Shown piece by piece: positions 24,406-33,798 of a stretch of 64,000 nucleotides of DNA. Under the pieces are notes generated by a model, which worked only from the letters and a program-made list of their open reading frames with translations, did not search any database and was not told the DNA's origin. Numbering within the stretch: position 1 is the stretch's first letter; each line of letters begins with the position of its first letter. This DNA is from an uncultured Actinomycetes bacterium (GTDB taxonomy: Bacteria; Actinomycetota; Coriobacteriia; Anaerosomatales; CAVRZR01), in contig CAWEJW010000001.1 of assembly GCA_963809535.1 (NCBI GenBank), forward strand, positions 1,150,105-1,214,104. Direction: 5' to 3'. The translations under genes were made by a program, and so were the position numbers.

Positions 24406-27400
24406 CGTGGTCGTGCTCCCCGCTCTCGTCACTGTCCGTCGCGAGATGACTCTCGGTCTGCTTCACTCTCACGGCGACGATTGCGACGTCATCACGCAGT
24501 TGTCCCTGGGAAAAGCGGGAAAGGGCGCCCTGTAGATGCTCGACGACGCTCTTCGCGCTCCCCCCATATCGAAGGACGCGTCGCACGCGGCCTTCGCCGA
24601 AGAACCTATTCCCACTTCGAGCTTCTGTTACCCCATCCGTGTACAGCAGCACGATGTCGCCTCGGGAGACCTCGACCGTCTCCTCGTCAAAGTGCACGCC
24701 CGCTGATGCACCCAGAATGGGGCCTGTCGGGGTCAGTCTGGTGATATCCCCTGATCCGGGGCGGAACAGTAGACCCGGCGGATGTCCTCCGTTCGCGAAC
24801 ACCAAGCGTCCCTCGCGGGGGTCGAGATAGGCCAGGACGACCGTCAGGATATCCGTTGGGTCATCATTCGCCGCGACCATGTCGTTGATCTCGTCGAGAC
24901 ACCCCGCCGGACCCAGTCCCGCCGCTACGAGGGCCCTGATCGAGTACTTCAGCATCGATGTCTTGGTGGCCGCCTCTACGCCCTTTCCGCACACGTCCGC
25001 CATCGCCAACACGATCTGGCCACTCGGCGATCTGAAGAGGTCGTAGTAGTCGCCTCCGATCTCCGCCTCCTCGCCAGCGGGCTCGTAGGCGGTGGCTGCG
25101 TCGATTTCGTCGAACGCGGGGGTCTTGTCGGGAAGGATGCTCCGCTGCAGGGTCGCGGCCACCTCGTGTTCCTTGCTATACAGACGTGCGGTGTCGATCG
25201 CCAGCGCCGCCTGAGAGCCGAACGTCTGAAGCAGGCCCATATCTTCCTCGTCGAATGCAGCCGGTGTCGCCGAGAACACGCTCAGCACGCCGACGGCACT
25301 GCCTCGTGCGAGGAGCGGGACCGAGAGCAGCGCCCTGAGGCCAACTTGAGCGGCTGAAGCGGCAAGTGGCAGGCTGCTCGACGTTATGTCACGTAGAATG
25401 ATTGGCTCGCCCGTTGAGAAGACCCGGCCGGGCAGATCCTCTCCCGGCGCCACTTCAAGATGCAGGATGTCGGCCGAGATGACCCCGCGGGCCATCGCAG
25501 TCGTCACGGTGCGCTTTACCGGGTCATACGTCATGAGCGACACCGCGTCGGCGGCAAAGATCATCTGCACGACGTCCAGGACTCGGTTCAATACCACCTT
25601 CAGTTGAAGCGATGAACCGACCGCCTGGGAGATCCGGAATATCGTCTCAAGATTCTTCGCCCTCGCAAGCGAGCGCTCGAAGAAGTACGCGTTGTCCAGC
25701 GCAAGCGTGATGATCTTGACCGCCCCCTCGACGAGTTCCACGTCTCTGGGTAGGAACGGAGAGTCCTCCGCGAGGGCGACAAACGCGCCCCCGTACGGTT
25801 CGCCGGGCTCGATCCGCGCGACGATCATCTCCGAAGCGTCGAGCTTCTCGAGCACGAGGTCAGTCTCGACCATCATCCCGCGATCAAGTGTTCTCGATGC
25901 GTCGCCGTGTCCGAGGGCTGACTCGGCGGCCCGGAGCACTGCCTGCTCGAGATCGGGATCGTAGCTTTGTGGCAGGCCAAGCGCCTCGCGGTCCTCGAAC
26001 GCCATGATCGTCCTTCGGCCGTCCAGGCTGCGGGAGATACGTACGCTCACGGCCTCTAACGCGTCGGCGAATGCGACTGGCCGTACGAGCTCCTCGGCCA
26101 CGTCGCGCAGGGACTCTGCGATGCGACGGGATTCGATCTCGCGCTCGAAGAAACGAGACTTCGTGATCCCGATCGCGGCCTGGGACGCGAACGTGTGGAG
26201 CATCTCGGTCTCCGCGTCGGAGTACTCGGCGCGTCCGTGCTGCAGGACGACGAACACACCCAGCTGATCCGTGCCAGCAACCAGGGGGGCGACGAGCGCT
26301 CTGGACAGACCGTCGCCAACGTCCCACCCCTGCATTGGGAGGTCCGTCGCTTCGGGCGTCTGAACCCGTCCCGTCTTGAGCGCTTCTTCGAACGAGCATG
26401 ACCGCGCGCGAAGCACCGGCCCGAACGGCGGCTGAGACCCCGCGGAAGCACGGGCAAGGTACAGCGACTGTTGGCTCGAGTCGAGCAGGTAGACTGCTAT
26501 CGTCCCAGGTCCCAACAGGTGTCCAACAGCCTCCGTGATGGCGTCCAACACCTGGTCAAGGCGTGAGGCACCTGCAAGCAGTCGCGAAACGTCATGAAGC
26601 GCATTGAGTCTCAGTCCGACGGCATTGAAGGCCTCGGCGAGCCTGCCGACCTCGTCGTCGCGACCCGGGTTCAGCGGCGACACATACGCGCCCTCGGCCG
26701 CTTCATAGCTCGCCGTCTCGAGCTGTCGAAGGGGGTAGACGAGACGCTGGGCCACGAGCCATGCAGCCGCCAGGGCGATGCTGCCGCCGAACAACAGGAC
26801 CAGGAACGTCGGAATCGACGCACGCACCGATGTGGAGAGCGTAGCTCGGGCGGGCTCGACGACGAGAACGCGCCAGTCCAGCCCGCGTGGAGAGCTTAGC
26901 GCGGCCCACAGGCCCCGCATCGCGCCCACGGAAGGCGCGGTAACCGAGACCTGGCCCGGCTCGCCATCGGGCGACGGCGCATAGTCGGCAGACGATAGCC
27001 TGAGCATCGGCCCGTTCGCGCCCGACACAACGACGTTCCGACCGTCCACCACCTGTGCAGATCTTTGATCGGTCGTGGAGGAGACCCGGTTCGCCGTCGA
27101 GGCGAGGAACCCCGTGCGGATCCTGCCGAGCAACACGCGCTTCTGCCCGTTCTCCAGACGCACGTGGCGCAGCGCCCACAGCGTTGCCGGCTGCCCGGCT
27201 GCCGCGGATGAGTAGTGCACCTCCGTCTCGGCGAGGCCCTCTTTGGCCGCAAATGCAAAGGCGGACGTCGGCACCGTGCTATCGAGTGTTGGATACGAAG
27301 CGACGACGTCCCCACCCGGATTGATCAAAACCAGACCGTCGAGGAAGTCGGTCGCTCCTACGTATTGGGACGCCAGTAGGCGGCTGGTCACCTTGTTCGC

Positions 27401-27649
27401 AGGCACTTCCTGCAACGTGACCGCCGTATGATCGACGTGAGTTGCAGCCTCCGAAAGCCTGCCCAGCACTTCCGTCCGCATCAGATCGAGGTAGGCGCCT
27501 ATCCGCTCGCGACTCTGCGTGGTCGCAAGGCGATAGGACCCCACGAACGTCACGAGCAGGGCTGCCACGACCGTGGCGACACCGACGATGAGGGTTATCC
27601 GAAGGATGCTGTAGGCGAGGCTACCGGTCCTGTGGCTCGCTTTCCGCAT
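24344..27649 (-). CDS. Large membrane sensor: periplasmic Cache-like domain, HAMP, tandem GAF domains, PP2C/SpoIIE Ser phosphatase
   Basis: 1101 aa. N-terminal TM, second TM plus HAMP (YPLRQLETASYEAAEG..), GAF-like repeats, C-terminal GGDYYD..ADVCGKG..LYTDGVTEA..DDVAIVAVRV PP2C motifs. Confidence 0.85.
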   Translation of the reverse strand: MRKASHRTGSLAYSILRITLIVGVATVVAALLVTFVGSYRLATTQSRERIGAYLDLMRTEVLGRLSEAATHVDHTAVTLQEVPANKVTSRLLASQYVGATDFLDGLVLINPGGDVVASYPTLDSTVPTSAFAFAAKEGLAETEVHYSSAAAGQPATLWALRHVRLENGQKRVLLGRIRTGFLASTANRVSSTTDQRSAQVVDGRNVVVSGANGPMLRLSSADYAPSPDGEPGQVSVTAPSVGAMRGLWAALSSPRGLDWRVLVVEPARATLSTSVRASIPTFLVLLFGGSIALAAAWLVAQRLVYPLRQLETASYEAAEGAYVSPLNPGRDDEVGRLAEAFNAVGLRLNALHDVSRLLAGASRLDQVLDAITEAVGHLLGPGTIAVYLLDSSQQSLYLARASAGSQPPFGPVLRARSCSFEEALKTGRVQTPEATDLPMQGWDVGDGLSRALVAPLVAGTDQLGVFVVLQHGRAEYSDAETEMLHTFASQAAIGITKSRFFEREIESRRIAESLRDVAEELVRPVAFADALEAVSVRISRSLDGRRTIMAFEDREALGLPQSYDPDLEQAVLRAAESALGHGDASRTLDRGMMVETDLVLEKLDASEMIVARIEPGEPYGGAFVALAEDSPFLPRDVELVEGAVKIITLALDNAYFFERSLARAKNLETIFRISQAVGSSLQLKVVLNRVLDVVQMIFAADAVSLMTYDPVKRTVTTAMARGVISADILHLEVAPGEDLPGRVFSTGEPIILRDITSSSLPLAASAAQVGLRALLSVPLLARGSAVGVLSVFSATPAAFDEEDMGLLQTFGSQAALAIDTARLYSKEHEVAATLQRSILPDKTPAFDEIDAATAYEPAGEEAEIGGDYYDLFRSPSGQIVLAMADVCGKGVEAATKTSMLKYSIRALVAAGLGPAGCLDEINDMVAANDDPTDILTVVLAYLDPREGRLVFANGGHPPGLLFRPGSGDITRLTPTGPILGASAGVHFDEETVEVSRGDIVLLYTDGVTEARSGNRFFGEGRVRRVLRYGGSAKSVVEHLQGALSRFSQGQLRDDVAIVAVRVKQTESHLATDSDESGEHDHDVGKHKQHDVRASTGRGTGA

Positions 27650-27763
27650 CGCTCACGTATCCTCCCGCGTCTCGTCCATGGTAAGGCAAGCGTTCGCCGA
27701 GCGCGTGCCCGCGATGTCCCACGAGGCATCCGACCCGACACCCAGCACCGCTCACACCGCAGG

Positions 27764-28489
27764 TCAGATCTGGAATGACGGCAGGACCCGCGTAAGCCAG
27801 CCCGTGATGAGACCGAGTCTTCCTGTGAAGATCAGAACACCCAGCGCCATCAAGAGCGCGCCAGCCACTCTGTTGATGACCAGGGCATGGCGGTTGAGCC
27901 AGCGCAGCAGGCCGCGCACCCTCCCGAAGAGCAAGGCGGTCAGCACGAAGGGCACGCCCAGTCCCAGAGAGTAGGTCAGAAGCAGCAACGCTCCGCGCAC
28001 GGCGTCCCCGCTGCTCGCCGCGAGGAACAGGATGGCGCCGAGAATGGGACCCACGCACGGCGTCCAGCCCGCCGCGAACGCCATCCCCATGACAAGCGCC
28101 GCTGCTCGGCCAAATGTGCGTGACTTCTCGAGTCCAACACGAGCTTCCCCATAGAGCCAGGGGACTTTGATGACTCCGGTCAACAGCAGGCCGAACGCGA
28201 AGACGACAACGCCCGCTACGCGCATGAGCTCCGAACGGTACTCCCTCAGGAACTGCCCGAGAACCGAGGCCGAGACACCGAGCGCCACGAAGATGATCGA
28301 GAACCCGGCAACGAAGAGCAGACTGGGCAGAAGAACGGCCGACACACTCGGCCGTTCTTCTGCAAGCTCCGTCGTCGTCAGGCCTGTCATGAACGACAGA
28401 TAACCGGGGATGATCGGCAGAACACACGGTGACAAGAACGAGAGCAGACCCGCAGCGAACGCCGCGCCGAACCCCACAGAGCCTTCCAT
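27764..28489 (-). CDS. ccdA: Cytochrome c biogenesis thiol-disulfide transporter CcdA (DsbD family)
   Basis: LLSFLSPCVLPIIPGYLSF and GWTPCVGPILGAIL motifs. ATG 28489 follows GGAGGTGTG. Confidence 0.85.
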   Translation of the reverse strand: MEGSVGFGAAFAAGLLSFLSPCVLPIIPGYLSFMTGLTTTELAEERPSVSAVLLPSLLFVAGFSIIFVALGVSASVLGQFLREYRSELMRVAGVVVFAFGLLLTGVIKVPWLYGEARVGLEKSRTFGRAAALVMGMAFAAGWTPCVGPILGAILFLAASSGDAVRGALLLLTYSLGLGVPFVLTALLFGRVRGLLRWLNRHALVINRVAGALLMALGVLIFTGRLGLITGWLTRVLPSFQI

Positions 28490-28525
28490 CACACCTCCGG
28501 TGGCCCGACGCGCCGGCACTTCGCC

Positions 28526-28750
28526 TTAGGCGACCTCTGCCTCATATCCTGCGGAGCGGATAGCGGCAAGGAGGTCGTCAACCGAAACGACCTGTTGGTC
28601 GTAGCGCACCTCAGTCATGCCACTCGCGAGGTCCGTTCGCGAATCCTCGACGCCGGGCAAGTCCCCAAGCGTCATGTCCACCAGCATCGAGCACGACCGG
28701 CAGTGCATACCGCTCGTCTTCAGTCGGATGACAGCAGTGTTGTCCGCCAT
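28526..28750 (-). CDS. Heavy-metal-associated (HMA) domain protein, CopZ-like
   Basis: 74 aa with a GMHCRSC metal-binding loop in a ferredoxin-like betaalphabetabetaalphabeta pattern. Confidence 0.85.
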   Translation of the reverse strand: MADNTAVIRLKTSGMHCRSCSMLVDMTLGDLPGVEDSRTDLASGMTEVRYDQQVVSVDDLLAAIRSAGYEAEVA

Positions 28751-28889
28751 GTGTCACCTCTCGCGTTCGTTCCATGGGCCGTGTGTGGTCTCGCTCATAA
28801 GGTACCCGACTGGCAGCCGGATGTTCCGGAGCGCGCAGGTCGTTGACGGTGCCGAATGGCGCAGCGCTCGAATCTGGATCCGAGCCGGA

Positions 28890-29249
28890 TCAGAGCGGGA
28901 TGTCCTCGGCCGGCGACAGTGGGACGCCGCTCTCGACGTGCGTCATCGCTCCGCAGTACGGGCACAGTCGCCACTCTTCGGCCAAAGACCGCCCGCAGTC
29001 GGTACAGCGACCACCCAGCACCACGTCGGCCCGTGTTCCCGCGCCGTCCTCCATGAGAAGGGCCCAGGCGACGCCTCCGGCGACGACACCGGCCAGCATC
29101 GGGATCATCCACCCGGCGGCTGTTGCGGCCGTGGATCCAACGAGGTCTGACCCGGAATTCAGCACGAGTAGACCCGCAAGAAAGGCCAGCGCGACGACAA
29201 CCCCTCCGAGCACTGCGGAGGCCAGCCTCATCACCTGTCTACGGGTCAC
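28890..29249 (-). CDS. Two-TM membrane protein with C-terminal zinc ribbon
   Basis: CTDCG..N12..CPYCG zinc ribbon after two hydrophobic helices. GTG 29249 follows GGAG-N5. The ORF-track start is TTG 29264. First gene downstream of the sigma-54 promoter. Confidence 0.6.
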   Translation of the reverse strand: MTRRQVMRLASAVLGGVVVALAFLAGLLVLNSGSDLVGSTAATAAGWMIPMLAGVVAGGVAWALLMEDGAGTRADVVLGGRCTDCGRSLAEEWRLCPYCGAMTHVESGVPLSPAEDIPL

Positions 29250-29290
29250 ATCAACTCCAGCCAAGAACGATTCGGTCGTGCCATCGAAGG

Positions 29291-29306
29291 TGCAAGCGAT
29301 GTGCCA
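29291..29306 (-). promoter_or_regulatory. Sigma-54 (-24/-12) promoter
   Basis: Reverse strand cTGGCACATCGCTTGCA matches YTGGCAC-N5-TTGCA at every conserved position. It lies in the 76-bp gap between the activator gene stop (29341) and the zinc-ribbon ORF (track start 29264). Confidence 0.7.
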
Positions 29307-29340
29307 GCGTAAACACGTTCAGCGCAGGTTCAAGACGTGG

Positions 29341-30687
29341 TCACAGTCCCAGCCGCGTCATCCGCGCCTCAAGCGTCTTGGCCGTCAGCCCCACGAGCTT
29401 GGCGGCCTTCGGAACGTTCCCTCCCGTGCGGTTGAGCGCTTGGCGCATGAGGTCGAGCTCGACCTCCTCCAGATCGATACCGTCCTCGGGCAGAGCGATA
29501 TTGCTCGCCGACGGCGCTATCGATACCGCACCCGCTCGCACTTCGGCCGGAAGGTCGCTCACCTGGACCTCATCGCCGTGCGAGAGGATAACCACGCGCT
29601 CGATGCTGTTCTCCAGTTCGCGGATGTTGCCGGGCCACTGGTATGTGACGAGCGCTTCCATCGCGTCAGGCGCGATTGTCTTGGCGCCGGCGTTGAATTT
29701 CTCAAGGAAGTGAGCGACCAGGAGCGGGACTTCCCCCGGCCGCTGGCGCAGTGGCGGGAGCGTCACAGGCACGACGTTCAGCCGATAGAAGAGGTCCTCA
29801 CGGAACTCTCCGTCGGCGATGAGTTGCTGCAGGTCCTGGTTGGTCGCCGCAAGGATTCTCACGTCGACGTCGATGGAGCGCGTTCCGCCGAGACGTTCGA
29901 AGCTCCTCTCCTGCAGTACCCTCAGAAGCTTCACCTGGACTGCAGGCGTGACGTCCCCGATCTCGTCGAGGAACAGCGTCCCGCCGTTGGCCATCTCGAA
30001 GCGTCCAGGTTTGGCTGTCATCGCCCCGGTGAAAGCGCCTTTCTCATATCCGAATAGCTCGCTCTCCAAAAGCGTTTCTGGAAGCGCGCCGGCACTGACC
30101 GACACAAAGGGCCTGGTCGCGCGCTCGGAAAGGTTGTGGATCGCGCGGGCGATGAGCTCCTTGCCCGTGCCGGACTCGCCGTAGATCATCACGGTTGCGC
30201 TCGTTGCGGCAACCTTGCGCACCGTCTCTAGGATCTCGATCATCTTCGGATCGGCGGCGACGATCCCCTCCACGTCGTACTCGCGATCGATCTCCTGACG
30301 CAAGCGCTCGACCTCGGCCGCCAGGCCGCTGTACTCCAGGGCCTTGTGGATCGCGAGCTTCAGCTCCTCGAGATCGAACGGCTTCGTCAGGTACTCGGTC
30401 GCGCCCGACTTCATGGCCTCAACCGCGGTCGCAACGTTCCCGTGAGCCGTGAGCATGATGATCGGGAATGACAGGCCCTTCGCCCGGATGCGGCGAAGCA
30501 CTTCCATACCGTCCGGTGCCGGCATCCGGTGATCCAGCACCATGATGTCGGGCGCGGACTCGGCGACTGCCTCGAGGGCCTCCTTGCCATCAGCCGCGGC
30601 GACGATCTCGTAGTCGCTCTCAAGCGCCTGGCTGAGAACCCAGCGCATGTTCTTCTCGTCGTCGACGATCATGACACGCCGTTTCAT
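29341..30687 (-). CDS. Sigma-54-dependent response regulator (REC-AAA+-HTH, NtrC family)
   Basis: ATG 30687 in ORF 29341..30909. MIVDDE..MLTAHG receiver, GESGTGKE Walker A, EKGAFTGA (GAFTGA loop), C-terminal Fis-type HTH. Confidence 0.9.
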   Translation of the reverse strand: MKRRVMIVDDEKNMRWVLSQALESDYEIVAAADGKEALEAVAESAPDIMVLDHRMPAPDGMEVLRRIRAKGLSFPIIMLTAHGNVATAVEAMKSGATEYLTKPFDLEELKLAIHKALEYSGLAAEVERLRQEIDREYDVEGIVAADPKMIEILETVRKVAATSATVMIYGESGTGKELIARAIHNLSERATRPFVSVSAGALPETLLESELFGYEKGAFTGAMTAKPGRFEMANGGTLFLDEIGDVTPAVQVKLLRVLQERSFERLGGTRSIDVDVRILAATNQDLQQLIADGEFREDLFYRLNVVPVTLPPLRQRPGEVPLLVAHFLEKFNAGAKTIAPDAMEALVTYQWPGNIRELENSIERVVILSHGDEVQVSDLPAEVRAGAVSIAPSASNIALPEDGIDLEEVELDLMRQALNRTGGNVPKAAKLVGLTAKTLEARMTRLGL

Positions 30688-30703
30688 CTGCGATCCTCTC
30701 GGT

Positions 30704-32233
30704 TCACTCTTCGACCGCGGTTGGAAGGGACACGCGGAACGTCGTGCCCTGCTCGCCGCTCTCGACTTCGATGTGCCCGCCGTGCTCGTCGACGATCCGG
30801 TGGACGATCGTGAGTCCCAGACCTGTCCCGCCGGTCCTTCGAGAGTAGAAAGGATCGAAGATCTTCGTGAGGTCTTGCGCCGGTATCCCCGGTCCATTGT
30901 CAGCGACATCTACCCGAACGAAGTCCCCGTCGCTCTTCGTCGAGATCATGATCCTGCCGCCGGCCGTCTGCATCGCCTGCACCGCATTGGTCACGAGGTT
31001 CAGAAAGACCTGCTTGAGCTGGTCGGGATCGGCCAGCACAGGAGGAAGATCAGGTTCGTTCACACGCTCGATCTCGACGTCCCCTTGTGTTGCGAACCTC
31101 TTCGTGAACAACAGCACGTCATCCAGGACTGACTCGACGTCAGTGTGTACCAAGGTCGGCGTGCTGGGCCGACCGAAATCGAGAAGCGCTTTGATGACCC
31201 TGTCGAGCCGGTCGATCTCTTGCTTGATGATCCCGGCTGCCTCCTCGATCCGCCGCTGGTCGCATTTTGCGTCCTCGAGCAGCTGCACCGATGCTCGGAT
31301 CACACCAAGCGGATTCCTCACCTCGTGCGCTACACCAGCGGTGAGCTCACCCATTGCAGCGAGGCGATCGGCCCGGATGAGCTGGTCCGTGAGAGCCTTC
31401 ACGTCGGACACGTCCTCGACGGTCACGACAGCGCCGAAGATCCTTCCTCCCACCGCGCGCATACGCGACGTCGAGGCCTGAACGTGCACCGTTCGGCCAC
31501 CCGCGGTCACGAGCGTGACCTCGCGCAGCGCCAGCGGCACACGACCCGAGAGGACCTTCGAGACATCCACATTGATGCCGCCGTCGTCTCGAAAGAGCGC
31601 CCCGATCGGTTTGGGCACCATGTCGAACTCTGACATGCCAAGCATCCGCTCAGCCGCCGGGTTCGCCGTCGTCACCGACCCATCGGGTCCGACCGTCAAC
31701 ACGCCGGAAGTGATCGATCGCAGGATCGACTGCGTATAGTCCTGGATGTTGATGAGCTGTATCGCGCGCTCCTCGAGCTTCTTATAGGCTTCCTCGAGTT
31801 GGAGGCTCACCTGGCGCAAGTCCCTGGTTCGCCGCTCCTCGTTGTCTCGAAGCGCTCCGAACAGCGCTCCGATGGACAGGAACATCGCTATCTCGAGGAG
31901 CGTCTCGAAAGTGCTGAGCTCCTCGTAGTCGAGCACACCGGACGAGCGGCTGATGAGCGCGTACAGCCCAAACAGGACCGAGCAGGCCGCACCGGTGATG
32001 ACCCCTCCGCGACGCCCGAACACGAACGCCGCGTAGACGATCGGGATGTAGTACAGGCGACGGTCCAGCTGGAGAAGAGCGCCGTTATACATCTCGTGCT
32101 TCGTGAAGACGAGCAGCAGCGTGATCGCGAGCACCATGACGCCGACGATGGCCGCAGCGCTGACCTGATACGCGCGCCGTTCGCGGCCGCTCTCTCTGGC
32201 AGTGGGGAACGGACGCTCTTCCGGTGGTGTCAT
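30704..32233 (-). CDS. Membrane PAS sensor histidine kinase (NtrB/AtoS-like partner of the activator)
   Basis: N-terminal polytopic domain, PAS (ILRSITSGVLTVGPDGSV), H-box AHEVRNPL, N-box NLVTNAVQA, DNGPGI, GTGLGL. Confidence 0.85.
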   Translation of the reverse strand: MTPPEERPFPTARESGRERRAYQVSAAAIVGVMVLAITLLLVFTKHEMYNGALLQLDRRLYYIPIVYAAFVFGRRGGVITGAACSVLFGLYALISRSSGVLDYEELSTFETLLEIAMFLSIGALFGALRDNEERRTRDLRQVSLQLEEAYKKLEERAIQLINIQDYTQSILRSITSGVLTVGPDGSVTTANPAAERMLGMSEFDMVPKPIGALFRDDGGINVDVSKVLSGRVPLALREVTLVTAGGRTVHVQASTSRMRAVGGRIFGAVVTVEDVSDVKALTDQLIRADRLAAMGELTAGVAHEVRNPLGVIRASVQLLEDAKCDQRRIEEAAGIIKQEIDRLDRVIKALLDFGRPSTPTLVHTDVESVLDDVLLFTKRFATQGDVEIERVNEPDLPPVLADPDQLKQVFLNLVTNAVQAMQTAGGRIMISTKSDGDFVRVDVADNGPGIPAQDLTKIFDPFYSRRTGGTGLGLTIVHRIVDEHGGHIEVESGEQGTTFRVSLPTAVEE

Positions 32234-33627
32234 CTGCGGCGCCTCGCCCAGGACGGCTCGATCCTGAGCTCCTCGCGGTACTTGGCCACGGTCCTGCGAG
32301 CGACCGTGACTCCCTCCTCCGACAGCATCTCGGCGAGCCTCTGGTCGGACAGCGGCTTCGCCGGATCCTCCTCGCGCACGAGCTCACGGAGCCGCTGTTT
32401 GACGCTCGTCGCCGCGACGTCCATGCCCGTGGTGGTCCTGTAGCCGCCTGAGAAGAAGTGCTTCAACTCGAACAGGCCGTATGGCGTCGCCATGTACTTG
32501 CCGGTCACGCCTCTGCTGATCGTAGAGAGATGCACGCCGATCTCGATGGCGACGTCCTCCAAACGCAATGGATGTAGAAGCCCTTTGCCGTCGTCGAAGA
32601 AGTCCCGTTGGACTTCCAGAATGATCTGCGTGATACGGCTGACCGTGTCCTTGCGACGGTCGACGTTTCGGATGAACGATTCCGCCGAGCGGATCTTGTC
32701 CTTCAGATAGCGGCGGGTCTCATCGTCCGCTTCGGATCCTGTCCTGAGCATGGCTCGGTACCGCGGACTCACCTTGAGCGTAGGAATGGCCTCGTTGTTC
32801 GCCGTGATGAGCCAGTCGTCACCGAATCGCCGAAGACTCACGTCCGGCACGATGTAGCCAGGTGAAGGACCTGGCGAGAACGCGCCAGCCGGGCGAGGAT
32901 TCAGCGACTTGAGTATCTCGACGACGCGCCGCACCTCGCCCTCGTCCACACGCAGCGCTCGTGCGACCTTGCGGAAATGGTTCGCGGCGATGTCGTCGAG
33001 ATGGTTCTGCACGATCCGCTCGAGCAGAGGTTCCTCGAGCTCCAGGTACTCCATTTGGATGGACAACGCCTCAGCCAGATTCCGCGCGCCAACGCCCGGA
33101 GGATCGAGCAGCTGCACGATCCGCAACCCCTCCCGGGCAGTCCCCTCGGACACACTGGCCAGCGCGGCGATCTCTTGGGGCGAGCCCAGGAAGAACCCGT
33201 CGTCGTCGAGCGAGCCGACCACCGCTTGCGCTGCGCGCAGCACGTCCTGTGGCACGTCGAGCATCGCAAGCTGGTCGAGCAGGTAATCATCGAATGACTG
33301 GACACCACCAACGAACTCCTCGGTGTTGGCGGTCTCAGCGTTGGGGTCCCGTGGCGCTACCTGCTCCATCGAGTCGAGGTCGTCGTAGAGATCGAGCCAC
33401 TCGTCCCAGGAGCGCTCCTCTTCGTCGGTGCTCTCTTGGAGTTCGTCTTCGCGCTCGTCTGGCTCCGTCTCGGTCTCATCGAGTTCGAGGACCGGGTTCT
33501 CGAGCATCTCGGCCTCGACGAGCTGCTGAAGGTCGGCTATGGGCATGGCGAGGATATTCAGGCCCTGATAGACCTGGGGTGAGAGCGTCACTCGCTGACG
33601 CATTTCTGGCCGTTGGCTGAGCTCCAT
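32230..33627 (-). CDS. rpoN: RNA polymerase sigma-54 factor
   Basis: ATG 33627 in ORF 32230..33762. MELSQRPEMRQRVTLSPQVYQGLNILAMP (region I), acidic region II, RpoN box ARRTVAKYREEL near the C-terminus. Stop overlaps the kinase start (ATGA). Confidence 0.9.
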   Translation of the reverse strand: MELSQRPEMRQRVTLSPQVYQGLNILAMPIADLQQLVEAEMLENPVLELDETETEPDEREDELQESTDEEERSWDEWLDLYDDLDSMEQVAPRDPNAETANTEEFVGGVQSFDDYLLDQLAMLDVPQDVLRAAQAVVGSLDDDGFFLGSPQEIAALASVSEGTAREGLRIVQLLDPPGVGARNLAEALSIQMEYLELEEPLLERIVQNHLDDIAANHFRKVARALRVDEGEVRRVVEILKSLNPRPAGAFSPGPSPGYIVPDVSLRRFGDDWLITANNEAIPTLKVSPRYRAMLRTGSEADDETRRYLKDKIRSAESFIRNVDRRKDTVSRITQIILEVQRDFFDDGKGLLHPLRLEDVAIEIGVHLSTISRGVTGKYMATPYGLFELKHFFSGGYRTTTGMDVAATSVKQRLRELVREEDPAKPLSDQRLAEMLSEEGVTVARRTVAKYREELRIEPSWARRRR

Positions 33628-33798
33628 CCCGGCCTCCGAGCTGCATATCTCCGCGCTGGCAGGGGGCGCCGTACAGCAAATAGTATACCGCCGACGGGCC
33701 CGCCCTACGCAGCCGGGAAGCACCTCCACGGGCACCGCCTCCCGCCTTCGCTGACCCGCCACTGCCAGGCCTAGCGATGGCAGTCGCAGCGTCGGACG

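Noticed and set aside
33634-33641. CTCCGAGC on the + strand near the rpoN start
   Set aside because: It is simply the complement of the rpoN SD region (CTCGGAGG) on the opposite strand. There is no downstream + strand gene or matching 3' element.
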